Shown here piece after piece: positions 1 through 8,970 of a stretch of 64,000 nt of DNA. The notes below the pieces were generated by a model. That model was not told the DNA's origin and ran no database searches. It saw only the letters and a program-made list of their open reading frames with translations. The DNA is from an uncultured Poribacteria bacterium (GTDB lineage Bacteria > Poribacteria > WGA-4E > WGA-3G): assembly GCA_958296135.2 (NCBI GenBank), contig CATQHZ020000001.1, positions 832,001 to 896,000 of the forward strand, given 5' to 3'. How positions within the stretch are numbered: position 1 is the stretch's first letter; each line of letters opens with the position of its first letter. The translations under genes and the position numbers were made by a program.

Positions 1-115
1 CGCTATATTGAAACGCCCTTGGCCTTCGGGCTTCGGGCGTTTTTTGTTTTCGTTGAAATCTCGCGAGGGGGGCGGTCAGCCTGCTTATGCGGTGCAACGC
101 AGGCTGTCTTCCATG

Positions 116-202
116 TAGGCGTAACGGCCCTCGCGCTACGGAAAAAGGACAGGGATTGAGAGTAAGTGGAAGTTTGCGAGGGACAGACCCTCGTGCTACG
201 GG
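116..202. repeat. Two GTAG-type REP-like hairpins
   Basis: Copies of (g)gccctcgcgctacgg and cgagggacagaccctcgtgctacgg; the second supplies the sulfatase TAG stop. Confidence 0.75.
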
Positions 203-1578
203 TGCCTGAGCTGCGTCTCAACGAGCCGCTCTAAAATTTGCAGGCGCAGCTCCGTTTCCACATCCGCGACTTCAGGGCGGCCGGCGAGGTTCTGTATCTC
301 ATCAGGCTCGTTTTGCACGTCAAACAAGAGATACGCCTCGCCGTTTGCATTGAGAGCGATTTTCCACTGCCGATTTAGCAGCATGATTTCGCCTTCGATT
401 TCAGATATGGCGAAATCTCGGTGCGTTGTCTCTGGTTGCGCTAAAACGGCGCATAGCGATTTTCCGAATTGGCGATGCTTCAACTCGCCGCCTGCGAGTT
501 CAACGAGCGTTGGGCCGATATCAAGCCATTCCACTGGGCTGTCGCAGACAACAGGAGTCGTTCGCCTAGCTGCGAGAGCCTTGGGAGTGCGGACTAACAG
601 CGGGATGCGCACCGCGCCGTTGAGGAAGTTGCTCTTGTAAATCAGGCCGTAGTCGCCGTTCATCTCACCGTGGTCGGAACAGTGGACGATGATGGTGTTT
701 TCTAGTTCGCCGCGCGCCTGAATTACGTCAAGGATTTCGCCGATCTGTGCATCGATGAGGGTGACGTTGCCGGCGTAATTGGCGCGCAGTCTTCCGATTT
801 CGCCTTCCTCAAATGTCGGATTGACTTGCTCCATGAGCCGGTCCAGATGGCCGCGCGGGCGTTCACCTGCAGGCGGCCGCGGAATTGCCGGTGGCATCTC
901 CTCTGGTGCGTACATGCTGGCATAGGGTTCCGGCGTATCCCACGGTTCGTGAGGGCCACCGAAGCTCACCCAGCAGCACCACGGTTCCGGTCTGTCATAC
1001 CGTTTGAGATATTGCTTCGCCTTTTGTCCGACGTAGACATCGGCATAGTCTTCTAACGGTAGCACGGAGGAGCGAACGACGTGCGGTTTATTGCTGAAGC
1101 GTTCGCGATAATCGGCGCGGTAGGCATTCCATAAACCTTTGGTTTGCCACGCCGCTGTCATGTGTGAGAGGACATTCGCGCTTGCCCGCGGCCCACCGAT
1201 TTCGTCTACATCGTCCAAGCCGTAGGCGTTCATTAAGTCTTCGCGTTCGCGCAGATCTCCGCTGTGCGGATGCAAATGCGTTTTGCCGAAAAGACTGGTG
1301 CGGTAGCCTGCCTCTCGCACCGCCTGCATCCACGTTGGGGTTTCTGCTGGCATCTGGTGGTGCATGTTATTCCAAACGCCGGTATTATGCGGGTATAACC
1401 CTGTCGCCAGGCTGAGCCGTGTCGGAATGCAAACAGGCGAGGTGGTGACGCAATTCGTGAACTGCACGCCTTCGCTTGCAATCCGGTCTAAGTTCGGGGT
1501 TTGCGCCCAGTCGCCGCTGCATCCCATCGCATCCCACCGCTGCTGGTCTGTCATGAGGAGGAGAATGTTCGGTTTCAT
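196..1578 (-). CDS. Sulfatase (choline-sulfatase/arylsulfatase A-like)
   Basis: KPNILLLMTDQQR start, formylglycine motif CIPTR-SLATG, GKTH, SDHGEMNG...YK motifs; 460 aa. Confidence 0.93.
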   Translation of the reverse strand: MKPNILLLMTDQQRWDAMGCSGDWAQTPNLDRIASEGVQFTNCVTTSPVCIPTRLSLATGLYPHNTGVWNNMHHQMPAETPTWMQAVREAGYRTSLFGKTHLHPHSGDLREREDLMNAYGLDDVDEIGGPRASANVLSHMTAAWQTKGLWNAYRADYRERFSNKPHVVRSSVLPLEDYADVYVGQKAKQYLKRYDRPEPWCCWVSFGGPHEPWDTPEPYASMYAPEEMPPAIPRPPAGERPRGHLDRLMEQVNPTFEEGEIGRLRANYAGNVTLIDAQIGEILDVIQARGELENTIIVHCSDHGEMNGDYGLIYKSNFLNGAVRIPLLVRTPKALAARRTTPVVCDSPVEWLDIGPTLVELAGGELKHRQFGKSLCAVLAQPETTHRDFAISEIEGEIMLLNRQWKIALNANGEAYLLFDVQNEPDEIQNLAGRPEVADVETELRLQILERLVETQLRHP

Positions 1579-1580
1579 CG

Positions 1581-2423
1581 CTAGGTTCTCTCAATTCCGG
1601 CTTCGGTGAAGGCGCGGGATAAGGTCCCATAAGCCAGCGTCGCCGCGGCGAGCGGTTCATAGTTTTCGCGAGCCTGCACCATGAAACTGACTTCGGCTGT
1701 GATAAACCCGTTGTAGCCGTGCGCCTGCATCGCTTTAAGGTAGCCGACGTAATCGAACGTGCCTTCGCCGGGGATGAGGAATTCAAAGTCGGGTGCGATG
1801 CCACGCTGGTCCTTCACGTGCGTGTGTGCGGATACTGCCGCTAATGCGGCGACAGTCTCTTCCGTTGGCATGCCGACGATGTCAAAGTGGCTGATATCAA
1901 AATTCACCTTGAGATAGGGCGAATTGACTATCTCCAAGAGTTCCAGCACTTTATCCGGCGTGTCAATGATTGCGCCGATGTGTGGTTCCATGGCGATGGT
2001 TACGCTGCGTTCCGCGGCATAGTCCACGAGTTCTCCTATCCGTTCGGCGAGGAAGTTTTTCTGGGTGTCCCACTGTTCTGGTTTTCCGCCGGGTGTCGTA
2101 TTGACAGCGGGGAGTTCGTCGCCTTGCGCGAGTTCGACAGCTAAGTCAACGCCGCCCTTTAACCGCCACATATTCTGCGCGTGTGCGTCTGTGTCCGTTT
2201 CGAGCAGGCTGGAATGCGCGGCGATTGCTGGTAGTGCCAAGTTGTGCTGTTTTAGCATGGCGGCGATGCGCTTCCGTTCGGCGGTATCCAGGGTGCTGAG
2301 TTCTGTCGTGAACCGCGGGATGATGGTTAATTCAATGCCATCGTATCCGAGTTGTGCGATGTGGTGGATGGCGGTGTCTACTGGGACTGTGGGCATCCCC
2401 CACGTGCTATATCCGAGTTTCAT
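1581..2423 (-). CDS. Sugar phosphate isomerase/epimerase (xylose-isomerase-like TIM barrel)
   Basis: GYDGIEL, IAMEPH, NFDISH, HTHVKD, PGEG, GFITAE motifs; AGGAG RBS. Confidence 0.88.
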   Translation of the reverse strand: MKLGYSTWGMPTVPVDTAIHHIAQLGYDGIELTIIPRFTTELSTLDTAERKRIAAMLKQHNLALPAIAAHSSLLETDTDAHAQNMWRLKGGVDLAVELAQGDELPAVNTTPGGKPEQWDTQKNFLAERIGELVDYAAERSVTIAMEPHIGAIIDTPDKVLELLEIVNSPYLKVNFDISHFDIVGMPTEETVAALAAVSAHTHVKDQRGIAPDFEFLIPGEGTFDYVGYLKAMQAHGYNGFITAEVSFMVQARENYEPLAAATLAYGTLSRAFTEAGIERT

Positions 2424-2470
2424 GTGGTTTTCTCCTTGCTCTCAACAATAAACGGAATTTTATGGGTTCA

Positions 2471-2647
2471 TCAGCGGATTTGATAACCGCCAGGCCAGCC
2501 AGTAGGTATCCAGTCCGCTTCTAGTTCCGTGTTCAGGGCACTGGCAAGCAATGCGAGGTTTTCCGCTAGCCATGGTGTGAAATCCCATGCTTCGTGTGGC
2601 CAGATTTTGCGGGGCTTAACTCTCTGTTTTCTTGAAGAGTGCAACAT
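2471..2647 (-). pseudogene. Truncated DUF4268/endonuclease-like protein N-terminus
   Basis: AGGAG RBS, then IWPHEAWDFTPWLAENL, which resembles the conserved DUF4268-family N-terminus; frame stops after 58 aa. Confidence 0.6.
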
Positions 2648-2661
2648 CAGTTGTGAGTCTC

Positions 2662-3735
2662 CTATGATTCGCCCAGGTCTTCCAGCCAAGATTCAACATA
2701 ATCTTGGTGCGTCTTATCGCCTGCTGCGCGGGCGAGTTTGAGGGCGATTTCAAGGGCTGCTCTTGCTTCAGCATCGCGGTTTTTGCGAATTTTCTCAAGA
2801 GCCCTTTCGGTGTACGGATGCGCGGCTTCTGGATCGGCACGAATGGCTGCTTCAAAGTCTGCGAGAGCGGCTTCACGCTGTCCCAACGAGTCTTTGAGTT
2901 GTCCCCGATTGGTGTAACTCGCGGCGCACCCCGGGCTCAGCCGAATTGCCGCATCGTAGTCAGACAGTGCTGATTGACGTTGACCGAGGAAGGACTTGGC
3001 ATAAGCCCGATTGTGATAGACCTCGGCTAAGCGGAGCCGCAAGTCTGCTAAAACCCCTTTAGCGGGGTAATGTTTATAGGCAGCTCTAGTGTCAGTTGGC
3101 ACATCTGGCATGATACGTATTGCTTCGTCCAAGTCTGCGAGGGCGTGTTTATAGTTTCCGATGTTACTGTGCACGATGCCGCGACAGGCGTATGCCTCGG
3201 CGCACTGCGGTTCTAGCCGAAGGGCCGCCTCAAAATCGGCGAGAGCGGCTTCGTGCTGGCCGAGGCAGCACTGCGCCATGCCTCGCGCCGTATATGCTGC
3301 GGCGTTCTCAGGTTCGAGGCAGCGGGCTTTCTCTATATCCAGGAGAGCTGTCTCATAGTGGCCACAGGCGAGGTGTGCCTTGCCTCGGTTGAGATAAGCC
3401 TTCGCGTGCTTTGGTGCTGCCCGGATGACGTTGTCGTAAGCGGCGATAGCTTCCTTGTAATAGCGTGCTGCGGGTGCCGTGCTTCTATCCTGTGCTTGCT
3501 CTGCGAGCAATGTCCCGGCTTGGAGCCATGCGTGCGCGGCGAGGGAATCGTCGGTGTCTTCCACGATGTTTGCAATGGCGCGCCACTTTTCAATTGCGTT
3601 CGCCGGTTTGCCGGCGTGCTGGAGTGCTTCAGCATCGGCGATGGCTTTGTCAATCAAGTGAATCGCCGGGGGAATTTGATATGCTGGCACGGCTTCCTTG
3701 ATGGTTTGCGTGCGCTGTTCGGGTTTTTTTGCCAT
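2662..3735 (-). CDS. Tetratricopeptide repeat protein
   Basis: Repeated AY.NRG...G....A..D...A..L.P units. Confidence 0.9.
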   Translation of the reverse strand: MAKKPEQRTQTIKEAVPAYQIPPAIHLIDKAIADAEALQHAGKPANAIEKWRAIANIVEDTDDSLAAHAWLQAGTLLAEQAQDRSTAPAARYYKEAIAAYDNVIRAAPKHAKAYLNRGKAHLACGHYETALLDIEKARCLEPENAAAYTARGMAQCCLGQHEAALADFEAALRLEPQCAEAYACRGIVHSNIGNYKHALADLDEAIRIMPDVPTDTRAAYKHYPAKGVLADLRLRLAEVYHNRAYAKSFLGQRQSALSDYDAAIRLSPGCAASYTNRGQLKDSLGQREAALADFEAAIRADPEAAHPYTERALEKIRKNRDAEARAALEIALKLARAAGDKTHQDYVESWLEDLGES

Positions 3736-3745
3736 GGTGTGCCTC

Positions 3746-4393
3746 TCAGAAAATTGTTCCTAGCCAATCGTTGATGAGGAAATTGACACGCTGAATTAAC
3801 AGAGCCACACGTCCCATCACCGTGTTGCCAAACGCGGAACCGAATCCAATCATCAAAAAAGCGATGCCAATTTTGGAGAGCCAGCCGACGGTGCCTCGAT
3901 GCTCCACCGAGAAGAAGAAGTAGGTGAGCGTGCAAATCACGCCGATAACCATGAGGGCTGCCTCGAAAATCCCCCAGGGCCCTAGCGTTCCTAGATTTGC
4001 GAAGGGCTCGACTGTTCCACGTGTTTGCTCAAAGATACTCGCCTGCAAGGCAGATGGAATGAAGAGCCCTGAATTAAATCCGATTAGGATAGCGATAGGA
4101 TACCGGATTAGCCAGGTGTGTCGCGGTGACAAGCGGGCAAAGAACAACAGGCCGAGTGCAATCGGAATCAGTTTTACTAACCCGCTTTGTTTTCCCTCTT
4201 CTGTGATAGCTGTGTAGATAGGATCCCATGCGAGGGGTATAAATCCTGAATGGATATTAAGGACGATTCCATATCCAACCGACATGCCTAAGAAGAGATG
4301 CTCGGCAAACCGATAGAACGGGTTATCTCGGTAAAGGAAGCTATAAATGCAGAGTGTGAGGAACGCTGCGATCCAAATGCCAAAAATTCCCAT
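3746..4393 (-). CDS. Conserved multi-pass membrane protein (DUF6754-associated cluster)
   Basis: About 6 hydrophobic segments; motifs SFLYRDNPFYRFAEHLFLG, YFFFS, GFGSAFGNTVMGR; start moved to ATG 4393. Confidence 0.75.
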   Translation of the reverse strand: MGIFGIWIAAFLTLCIYSFLYRDNPFYRFAEHLFLGMSVGYGIVLNIHSGFIPLAWDPIYTAITEEGKQSGLVKLIPIALGLLFFARLSPRHTWLIRYPIAILIGFNSGLFIPSALQASIFEQTRGTVEPFANLGTLGPWGIFEAALMVIGVICTLTYFFFSVEHRGTVGWLSKIGIAFLMIGFGSAFGNTVMGRVALLIQRVNFLINDWLGTIF

Positions 4394-4397
4394 GAAT

Positions 4398-5213
4398 TTA
4401 CTCCTCTCGTCGTTGCTGAATAAAGAAAGCGATATTGCCGAGAACCACCAGGCCGACAATCAACAGATGCACAAAAGATTCGGTGTTTATTCCGGCGGTT
4501 CCTTCTGCTGATGTCTCAATGAGTTTTTCATAGCCTGCCGCACCCAAGAACCCCGGCATTAATCCCACAAGTTGTCCGGTCTGTAGGTAAGGATACATCT
4601 GTGAAACGATAACGCCCGTGACACCTGCGCCGATTTGCAAACCGTATTTCGTGTTCGCGTAGGTAATCCATGCCTCTACCGTACTGCTAGCCGCGAGGTC
4701 CAGCAGCAGGGAGATCTGCTCATAGTTTGTGATATTCTCCATCATCGGTATTTCGGCGAGCGGGTTTCCGGCATAATCGCTGTCAAAGATGCTCGCGATT
4801 TCGGTTCCCATACCGATGATGACTTGTAACGCCCCCGGGCGATAGCCCAAAAAGACATAATCTTCGCCATCGACTGCCCCTTTTTCCTTAGCGACTTTCT
4901 GCATCAGTTTATCTGCCAAGGTTGTTGTCTCAGCAAAAAGGTTAATGCCGATGACGCGCACCTTTTTATCAAAACAGTGCTTCATCACAGCCTCTGCCAT
5001 CGGCTGCGGCTCTGCGAAAGAGGAGGGCCCATAATCAAAGGCGATTATGATGGTTGCCCCGGTGGGAAGCGCGTCAATGTAATCGTAAAGTTGCCGTGTC
5101 GGTTCAGGGACGTTGATTGGCAAGTTTGACGGGAACAACGTTGGAACGATGACAGCGAGCCCGACGAAAATAAAGATAATCCGCCTGTCAATCCTCATCA
5201 GTTTTTCAAACAT
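4398..5213 (-). CDS. Conserved membrane-anchored protein (cluster member)
   Basis: N- and C-terminal TM segments; DYVFLGY.PG, PYLQTGQL.G...G..GAA.YE, LGNI motifs. Confidence 0.75.
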   Translation of the reverse strand: MFEKLMRIDRRIIFIFVGLAVIVPTLFPSNLPINVPEPTRQLYDYIDALPTGATIIIAFDYGPSSFAEPQPMAEAVMKHCFDKKVRVIGINLFAETTTLADKLMQKVAKEKGAVDGEDYVFLGYRPGALQVIIGMGTEIASIFDSDYAGNPLAEIPMMENITNYEQISLLLDLAASSTVEAWITYANTKYGLQIGAGVTGVIVSQMYPYLQTGQLVGLMPGFLGAAGYEKLIETSAEGTAGINTESFVHLLIVGLVVLGNIAFFIQQRREE

Positions 5214-5216
5214 TGT

Positions 5217-5867
5217 CTAATCTCCTCCGCCTAGGTAAGAGCGTTCGATTCCGAGGATAATCCGAATGGATTGTGAAATTGCGCCGAGGCTGACACCGAG
5301 GATAACCCCACGTCTTGAAGACAGGTTTGGGTTATCCAAAATCCATTGGCTAGCGTTTGAGGTAGCGTTGTCCCAAGGTGTCCAAGCCATCACTGTGTTC
5401 CAGAGGAAGTCACCGATAGGGACATTGCCCATCATCACAATCAGCGCGCTAATGAGGAGCAGTGTCGCCTCAAACGTACGGGCTCGAAACGCGCGGTATG
5501 CCGCCGATGCGATAAAGAAGGCGAGGAGCGAAAAAACCGTCGCGTCCATTGGCACTTGGACGTTCTCGTATAACCACTCAAACACGCGATTTTTCGGTCC
5601 GCTGCGAATACCAAATGCTACCATGGTGATGAGCCCTGCGAAGACAACAATGCTGTATTGCCAATGGGTTGTCCGGCGGCGGATCCGGACCCAGTGCGTT
5701 TGGATGAGCGTTGCCACCGCTAGCACCAACGCAAAAGGCGTAATAATATGCGTCCAATTGGTAACTTCGTTGTGAATGCCCTGTGAAAAGGTGTGTGGGC
5801 TAAACTGCGTGAAGATCATCGCAATCCCAAAAACGAAACAGAGCACTAAGGGGACTTGTCGTTTCAT
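5217..5867 (-). CDS. Conserved multi-pass membrane protein (cluster member)
   Basis: TM-rich; SLLAFFIASAAYRAFRART, RIILGIER motifs; GGAGG RBS. Confidence 0.78.
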   Translation of the reverse strand: MKRQVPLVLCFVFGIAMIFTQFSPHTFSQGIHNEVTNWTHIITPFALVLAVATLIQTHWVRIRRRTTHWQYSIVVFAGLITMVAFGIRSGPKNRVFEWLYENVQVPMDATVFSLLAFFIASAAYRAFRARTFEATLLLISALIVMMGNVPIGDFLWNTVMAWTPWDNATSNASQWILDNPNLSSRRGVILGVSLGAISQSIRIILGIERSYLGGGD

Positions 5868-5875
5868 AACACCTC

Positions 5876-7030
5876 CTAATTCACTCGCTGTAAGAGTGCG
5901 GTTATCCAGTTGATGCCGAAAGGTTCAAGCAGGATACCCATCACAAGTGCGACAAAAATGACCAGCTTGCCCCAATCTTGTCCTCTAAGACTTCCGAGGA
6001 GTCTTGGTTCCCTGGAGAGGTAAGCACTTGCAGCGTAGAGTTCTTCGCCAATGAGGGTGTAGTCACAGGCGGCAATCAAAAAGGGAAGTTGGTGTTCCGC
6101 GTCTGTTCCTGCAATCTGAATGGCACCAATGGAGTTTCCCGTTTCGGCGAGGATGAGCGATTCAGCGAAAAAAGTGCCTTGTAGAAATATCGCGGCAGGT
6201 TTCTCGCGTATCATCATGCCATCAACGCCTGCGGCGTAAGCGAACTGGTCTTGGGTGAGAAAGAAAATGTTGTCCTCGTTGTAGGCATCCGGACGGCCTT
6301 CATTGAGATAGGCGGTTTTCACCATCTCACGCACGACGTTCAGCACAATCGGATCCCGGCAAGGCACGCGGAGTGGCGTTTCATAGTCTGCTGTTCGCCT
6401 TGCAACCTGCCCTAGAATCGTCATACTTGCAATAGTGGCGACATCATCTACCGCGCCCATCCCTAACACGTATAAGATTGAACGTCCCATCTCCGTTGCT
6501 CTACCGATGGCCTCATCTACTGCCTCTAAGCCGGGGATGCGCCGGACAAATATCTCTTTGCCGCTTTGGGCGTAATAAATATTCCCGACAATTGCGGCGC
6601 AAAACAAAAGCATTGCGCAGAAGAGCGGGATTTTGCCGGTGTGAAACCACTGGCCTGTTGCTTGAACGGGCGCGGTTGGCACGGAATCTGCTGTCTCCCC
6701 CGTTTCGCCAACGGCGCGGACGAGGTAAACATAATCGGTTCCTGTTTCAACAGATGAATCAACATACGTTGTCGTTGTTGTCGTTTTGGTGTCCCCGATT
6801 TCCTCAAGCGTCTCCGGCGTTGTGCCGCGCAGAATTTTGTAATTGGTGATACCGCCGCTATCCTCTGCCGCTGCATCCCATGTCAGCGTGATGCTTTTGC
6901 CATCGTCGTTCGGCGTATCTTTGGCGGTAACGTTTGTCGGCGGCGCGAGCCCTTGCGCAAACGCGACACCTGCGCATAAGCAGAAAACGAAGCAGGCAAG
7001 TATCAATTGCATTCGGCTGTTAAGTGTCAT
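5876..7030 (-). CDS. Signal peptide + fibronectin type III domain + DUF6754-like membrane domain
   Basis: AFA signal; FN3 pattern PPTNVTA..SITLTW..YKI.R..Y.Y.VRAV; RRIPGLEAVDEAIGRATEMGR and DYTLIGEELYAASAYLS motifs. Confidence 0.8.
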   Translation of the reverse strand: MTLNSRMQLILACFVFCLCAGVAFAQGLAPPTNVTAKDTPNDDGKSITLTWDAAAEDSGGITNYKILRGTTPETLEEIGDTKTTTTTTYVDSSVETGTDYVYLVRAVGETGETADSVPTAPVQATGQWFHTGKIPLFCAMLLFCAAIVGNIYYAQSGKEIFVRRIPGLEAVDEAIGRATEMGRSILYVLGMGAVDDVATIASMTILGQVARRTADYETPLRVPCRDPIVLNVVREMVKTAYLNEGRPDAYNEDNIFFLTQDQFAYAAGVDGMMIREKPAAIFLQGTFFAESLILAETGNSIGAIQIAGTDAEHQLPFLIAACDYTLIGEELYAASAYLSREPRLLGSLRGQDWGKLVIFVALVMGILLEPFGINWITALLQRVN

Positions 7031-7076
7031 ATCATTTCCCTCGTATACCGTGGGGCGGGGGCCTGTCCCCCGCGTT

Positions 7077-8168
7077 TTAAAAACTTTGCGCAATCGCTGC
7101 GAGCATTTCTTGTTTACCGATATCATCGCGGATGACGACTTCGCCGATGCGCGTCGGTAGGATGAGGCGGAGTGTGCCGCCTATCGTCTTTTTGTCTAAA
7201 TACATCGCGCTATGCAACGCTTCAGGCGAAACATCCGAGGGGAAACGCGTCGGCAGATTCGCCTCCTTCAAAAGCGCGCACTGCCGATGAAAATCGGTTT
7301 CCGAAAACATCCCCAAATTAACCGCCAACCGCGCTGCACACGTCATCCCGATGGCGACTGCCTCACCGTGCCGATACCGCTTGTAATCGGTGACGGCCTC
7401 GAGCGCGTGCCCGAAGGTATGTCCGTAGTTTAGCACCATCCGCAAGCGGCTCTCTTTTTCGTCTTGCGCGACGATGTCTGCTTTGTTGGCACACGCGCGC
7501 GCAATCATCTCAATAAGCGTTGATGCATCCGCGTTTAAAATAGCGGCGAGGTTTTCTTCCACCATCGCAAATAGCGGTTCATCGCGGATAACGCCCATTT
7601 TAATCACTTCAATCAGCCCGGCTCGGATGTCGCGTTGCGGCAACGATGTCAGCGTGTCTACGTCAATCATCACCAATTTTGGCTGATGGAACGCGCCGAT
7701 GAGGTTCTTGCTTTTCGGATGGTTAATCGCCGTTTTGCCGCCGACGCTGGCATCGACTTGCGCTTGGAGCGTCGTTGGGATTTGCACATAGGCGATGCCG
7801 CGCATGTAAACCGCCGCCGAGAATCCCGCCAGATCGCCGATGACACCGCCGCCGAGCGCGATGAGCGTTGAGCCTCTGTCCAGCTGATGCGCCACTAAAC
7901 TATCCTGCACGCGGACAAACTGCGCAATCGATTTGCTGTTTTCGCCGATGGGCACTTCCACCGAGCCTACGTCAAACCCGGCGTTGATAAGGCTCTCGCG
8001 AACGACAGGCAGATAGCGCGTTGTGACAAACGCATCCGAAACGATGAGGGCCCGCTTTGATTTGATGTGCGGTGCGAGCTTCTCGCCGATTTCGCCGAGA
8101 ATGCCTTGCCCAACGTGGATAGGATACCTGTTTGCGCCGAGTTCAACATATAAGGTGGTTGTTTCCAT
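7077..8168 (-). CDS. aroB: 3-dehydroquinate synthase
   Basis: ALGGGVIGDLAGF, PTTLQAQVDASVGGKT, LNYGHTFGHALE, HGEAVAIG; start may extend to 8231. Confidence 0.96.
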   Translation of the reverse strand: METTTLYVELGANRYPIHVGQGILGEIGEKLAPHIKSKRALIVSDAFVTTRYLPVVRESLINAGFDVGSVEVPIGENSKSIAQFVRVQDSLVAHQLDRGSTLIALGGGVIGDLAGFSAAVYMRGIAYVQIPTTLQAQVDASVGGKTAINHPKSKNLIGAFHQPKLVMIDVDTLTSLPQRDIRAGLIEVIKMGVIRDEPLFAMVEENLAAILNADASTLIEMIARACANKADIVAQDEKESRLRMVLNYGHTFGHALEAVTDYKRYRHGEAVAIGMTCAARLAVNLGMFSETDFHRQCALLKEANLPTRFPSDVSPEALHSAMYLDKKTIGGTLRLILPTRIGEVVIRDDIGKQEMLAAIAQSF

Positions 8169-8256
8169 AGTTCTCACGTTCAAGAGATGTCTGACATCCA
8201 AGCAATCTTCAGGGTGGTTATAGAAATCCACCCTTACAATTCAGCGGGACTTGGCA

Positions 8257-8802
8257 TTATTCCGATTGTCGGTTAACGACACGATAAAAAACAGACCGGA
8301 TGTGCGCGACGATGTCACCAAACGAGCACCCCGTAGTCTTCACTGTATAGTCGGCTTGCGCGTAATAGGGATGCCGTTCCACCAGCATTGTCTGAATCTT
8401 CGCCATCGCATCCGGTGTCTGTAACAGGGGCCGGTGCGTTTGGTGCCCGACGCGCCGATAGATTTCCTCTGTCGTTGCTGTTAAGCAGAATACGACACCG
8501 TTCCGCTTCAGGTTTTCCATATTCGCCGCTTTCAGGACAACGCCGCCGCCGGTGGCGATGACGTGGTTATGGCGTTTTGAGACTTTGCGCACTGCCTTGC
8601 TTTCGAGTTGCCGAAAAGTTGCTTCCCCATCTTCGGCGAAGATGTCGCTGATGCGTCGCCGGTTGTCCTGCTCAATGACATCGTCTGTATCAACGTAGCG
8701 CATGCGGAGTTGCGTGGCGAGCCGCCTCCCGATGGAAGTTTTCCCGGTGCCCATAAACCCGACGAGGACGATGTTTGGCTTTTTGCCCAAAGGTCTGTTC
8801 AC
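8257..8802 (-). CDS. aroK: Shikimate kinase
   Basis: NIVLVGFMGTGKT P-loop, VIATGGGVV, RPLL; adjacent to aroB. Confidence 0.95.
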   Translation of the reverse strand: MNRPLGKKPNIVLVGFMGTGKTSIGRRLATQLRMRYVDTDDVIEQDNRRRISDIFAEDGEATFRQLESKAVRKVSKRHNHVIATGGGVVLKAANMENLKRNGVVFCLTATTEEIYRRVGHQTHRPLLQTPDAMAKIQTMLVERHPYYAQADYTVKTTGCSFGDIVAHIRSVFYRVVNRQSE

Positions 8803-8970
8803 AGCAATCCTACCTTAAAAACGGAATCTGATTTTATTATAGCATATTCCCGAACAAATTGTGAAGTTGCGCAGGATTTGCAGGATGACGTTTCTTCGTC
8901 CTCACAAAACAGACACATCCCATAGGCGCGGTTTGAAACTGCGACTCCGGCTTTACCAGTTAATCGCGGA

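Noticed and set aside
11-50. Hairpin aaacgccc...gggcgttt with T-run
   Set aside because: Plausible terminator, but its upstream context lies outside the window.
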